Below are positions 63,617-64,000 of a stretch of DNA of 64,000 nucleotides, in pieces. The stretch spans positions 56,794,001-56,858,000 of the forward strand of contig CM052816.1 in assembly GCA_028534125.1 (NCBI GenBank), given 5' to 3'. The position numbers were made by a program, and so were the translations under genes. Below the pieces are notes generated by a model that was not told the origin of the DNA, ran no database searches, and saw only the letters and a list, made by a program, of their open reading frames with translations. Origin of the DNA: Lama glama (lineage: Eukaryota). Each line of letters starts with the position of its first letter. Position 1 is the stretch's first letter.

Positions 63617-64000
63617 GAAGGGTATAAGAGGTTTCCTAAAGGAGATCAAACCCTTAAAGACATCTTTACGAGCAGGAGTTTGCCAGGTGAAGGAAAAAGG
63701 CATATTGGTCATGAGGGTCGGGAGCACAAAGAAGGGGGTTTAGGGCAGAGGAGACAACAGAGCCAAGGCAGCGAGGCAAGGGTCAGCGGGATGTGTCCAG
63801 TGAGCTCTCACAGAGGAGCAAGAGGTTGGAGATAGGGAGCTCTGGAAGATGGTGAGGTAGCACTAAAGGATAAGGCTGCAAAGGCTGGTCAAATGTGGGA
63901 AAGCCCTGAATGATGGATGGAGAACCTGGAACTTTTTCACATAGCTATGGAGAGCAACTGTAGAGCCTACCCAAGGAGGGAACAATCATTCTAGTGACAG

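Noticed and set aside
35690..64000. ARHGEF28 start-codon exon or promoter CpG island
   Set aside because: I found no match to the recalled MELSCSE start and no true CpG island by eye; it probably lies beyond the window, though a very short exon could be missed.
1..64000. CRISPR array, operon or prokaryotic defence system
   Set aside because: The sequence is mammalian intron/exon DNA, with no regularly spaced repeat-spacer array or gene-dense region.

Overview
Mammalian genomic DNA, most likely from a camelid (three vic-1-type tRNA-derived SINEs). The window appears to lie entirely inside ARHGEF28 (RGNEF/p190RhoGEF) on the minus strand. Five consecutive coding exons (35689-35542, 33105-32812, 15417-15234, 13943-13763, 10041-9969) have AG/GT boundaries and splice into one open frame of 880 nt. 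This frame encodes the N-terminal region, including an ankyrin-like repeat segment. The start-codon exon and downstream exons were not found and probably lie outside the window. The rest is intron filled with L1, L2, MIR, LTR and hAT remnants, microsatellites and two 500-N gaps. I see no prokaryote-type system, RNA gene or additional protein-coding gene. The most unusual feature is at 8058-8301: two near-identical ~61-nt L1 3'-tip insertions, each with its own target-site duplication (TSD), cut at almost the same 5' base and lying head-to-head 47 bp apart. One of them carries an apparent 3' transduction. Gene identity, exon numbering and repeat subfamily names come from recall, not database searches.
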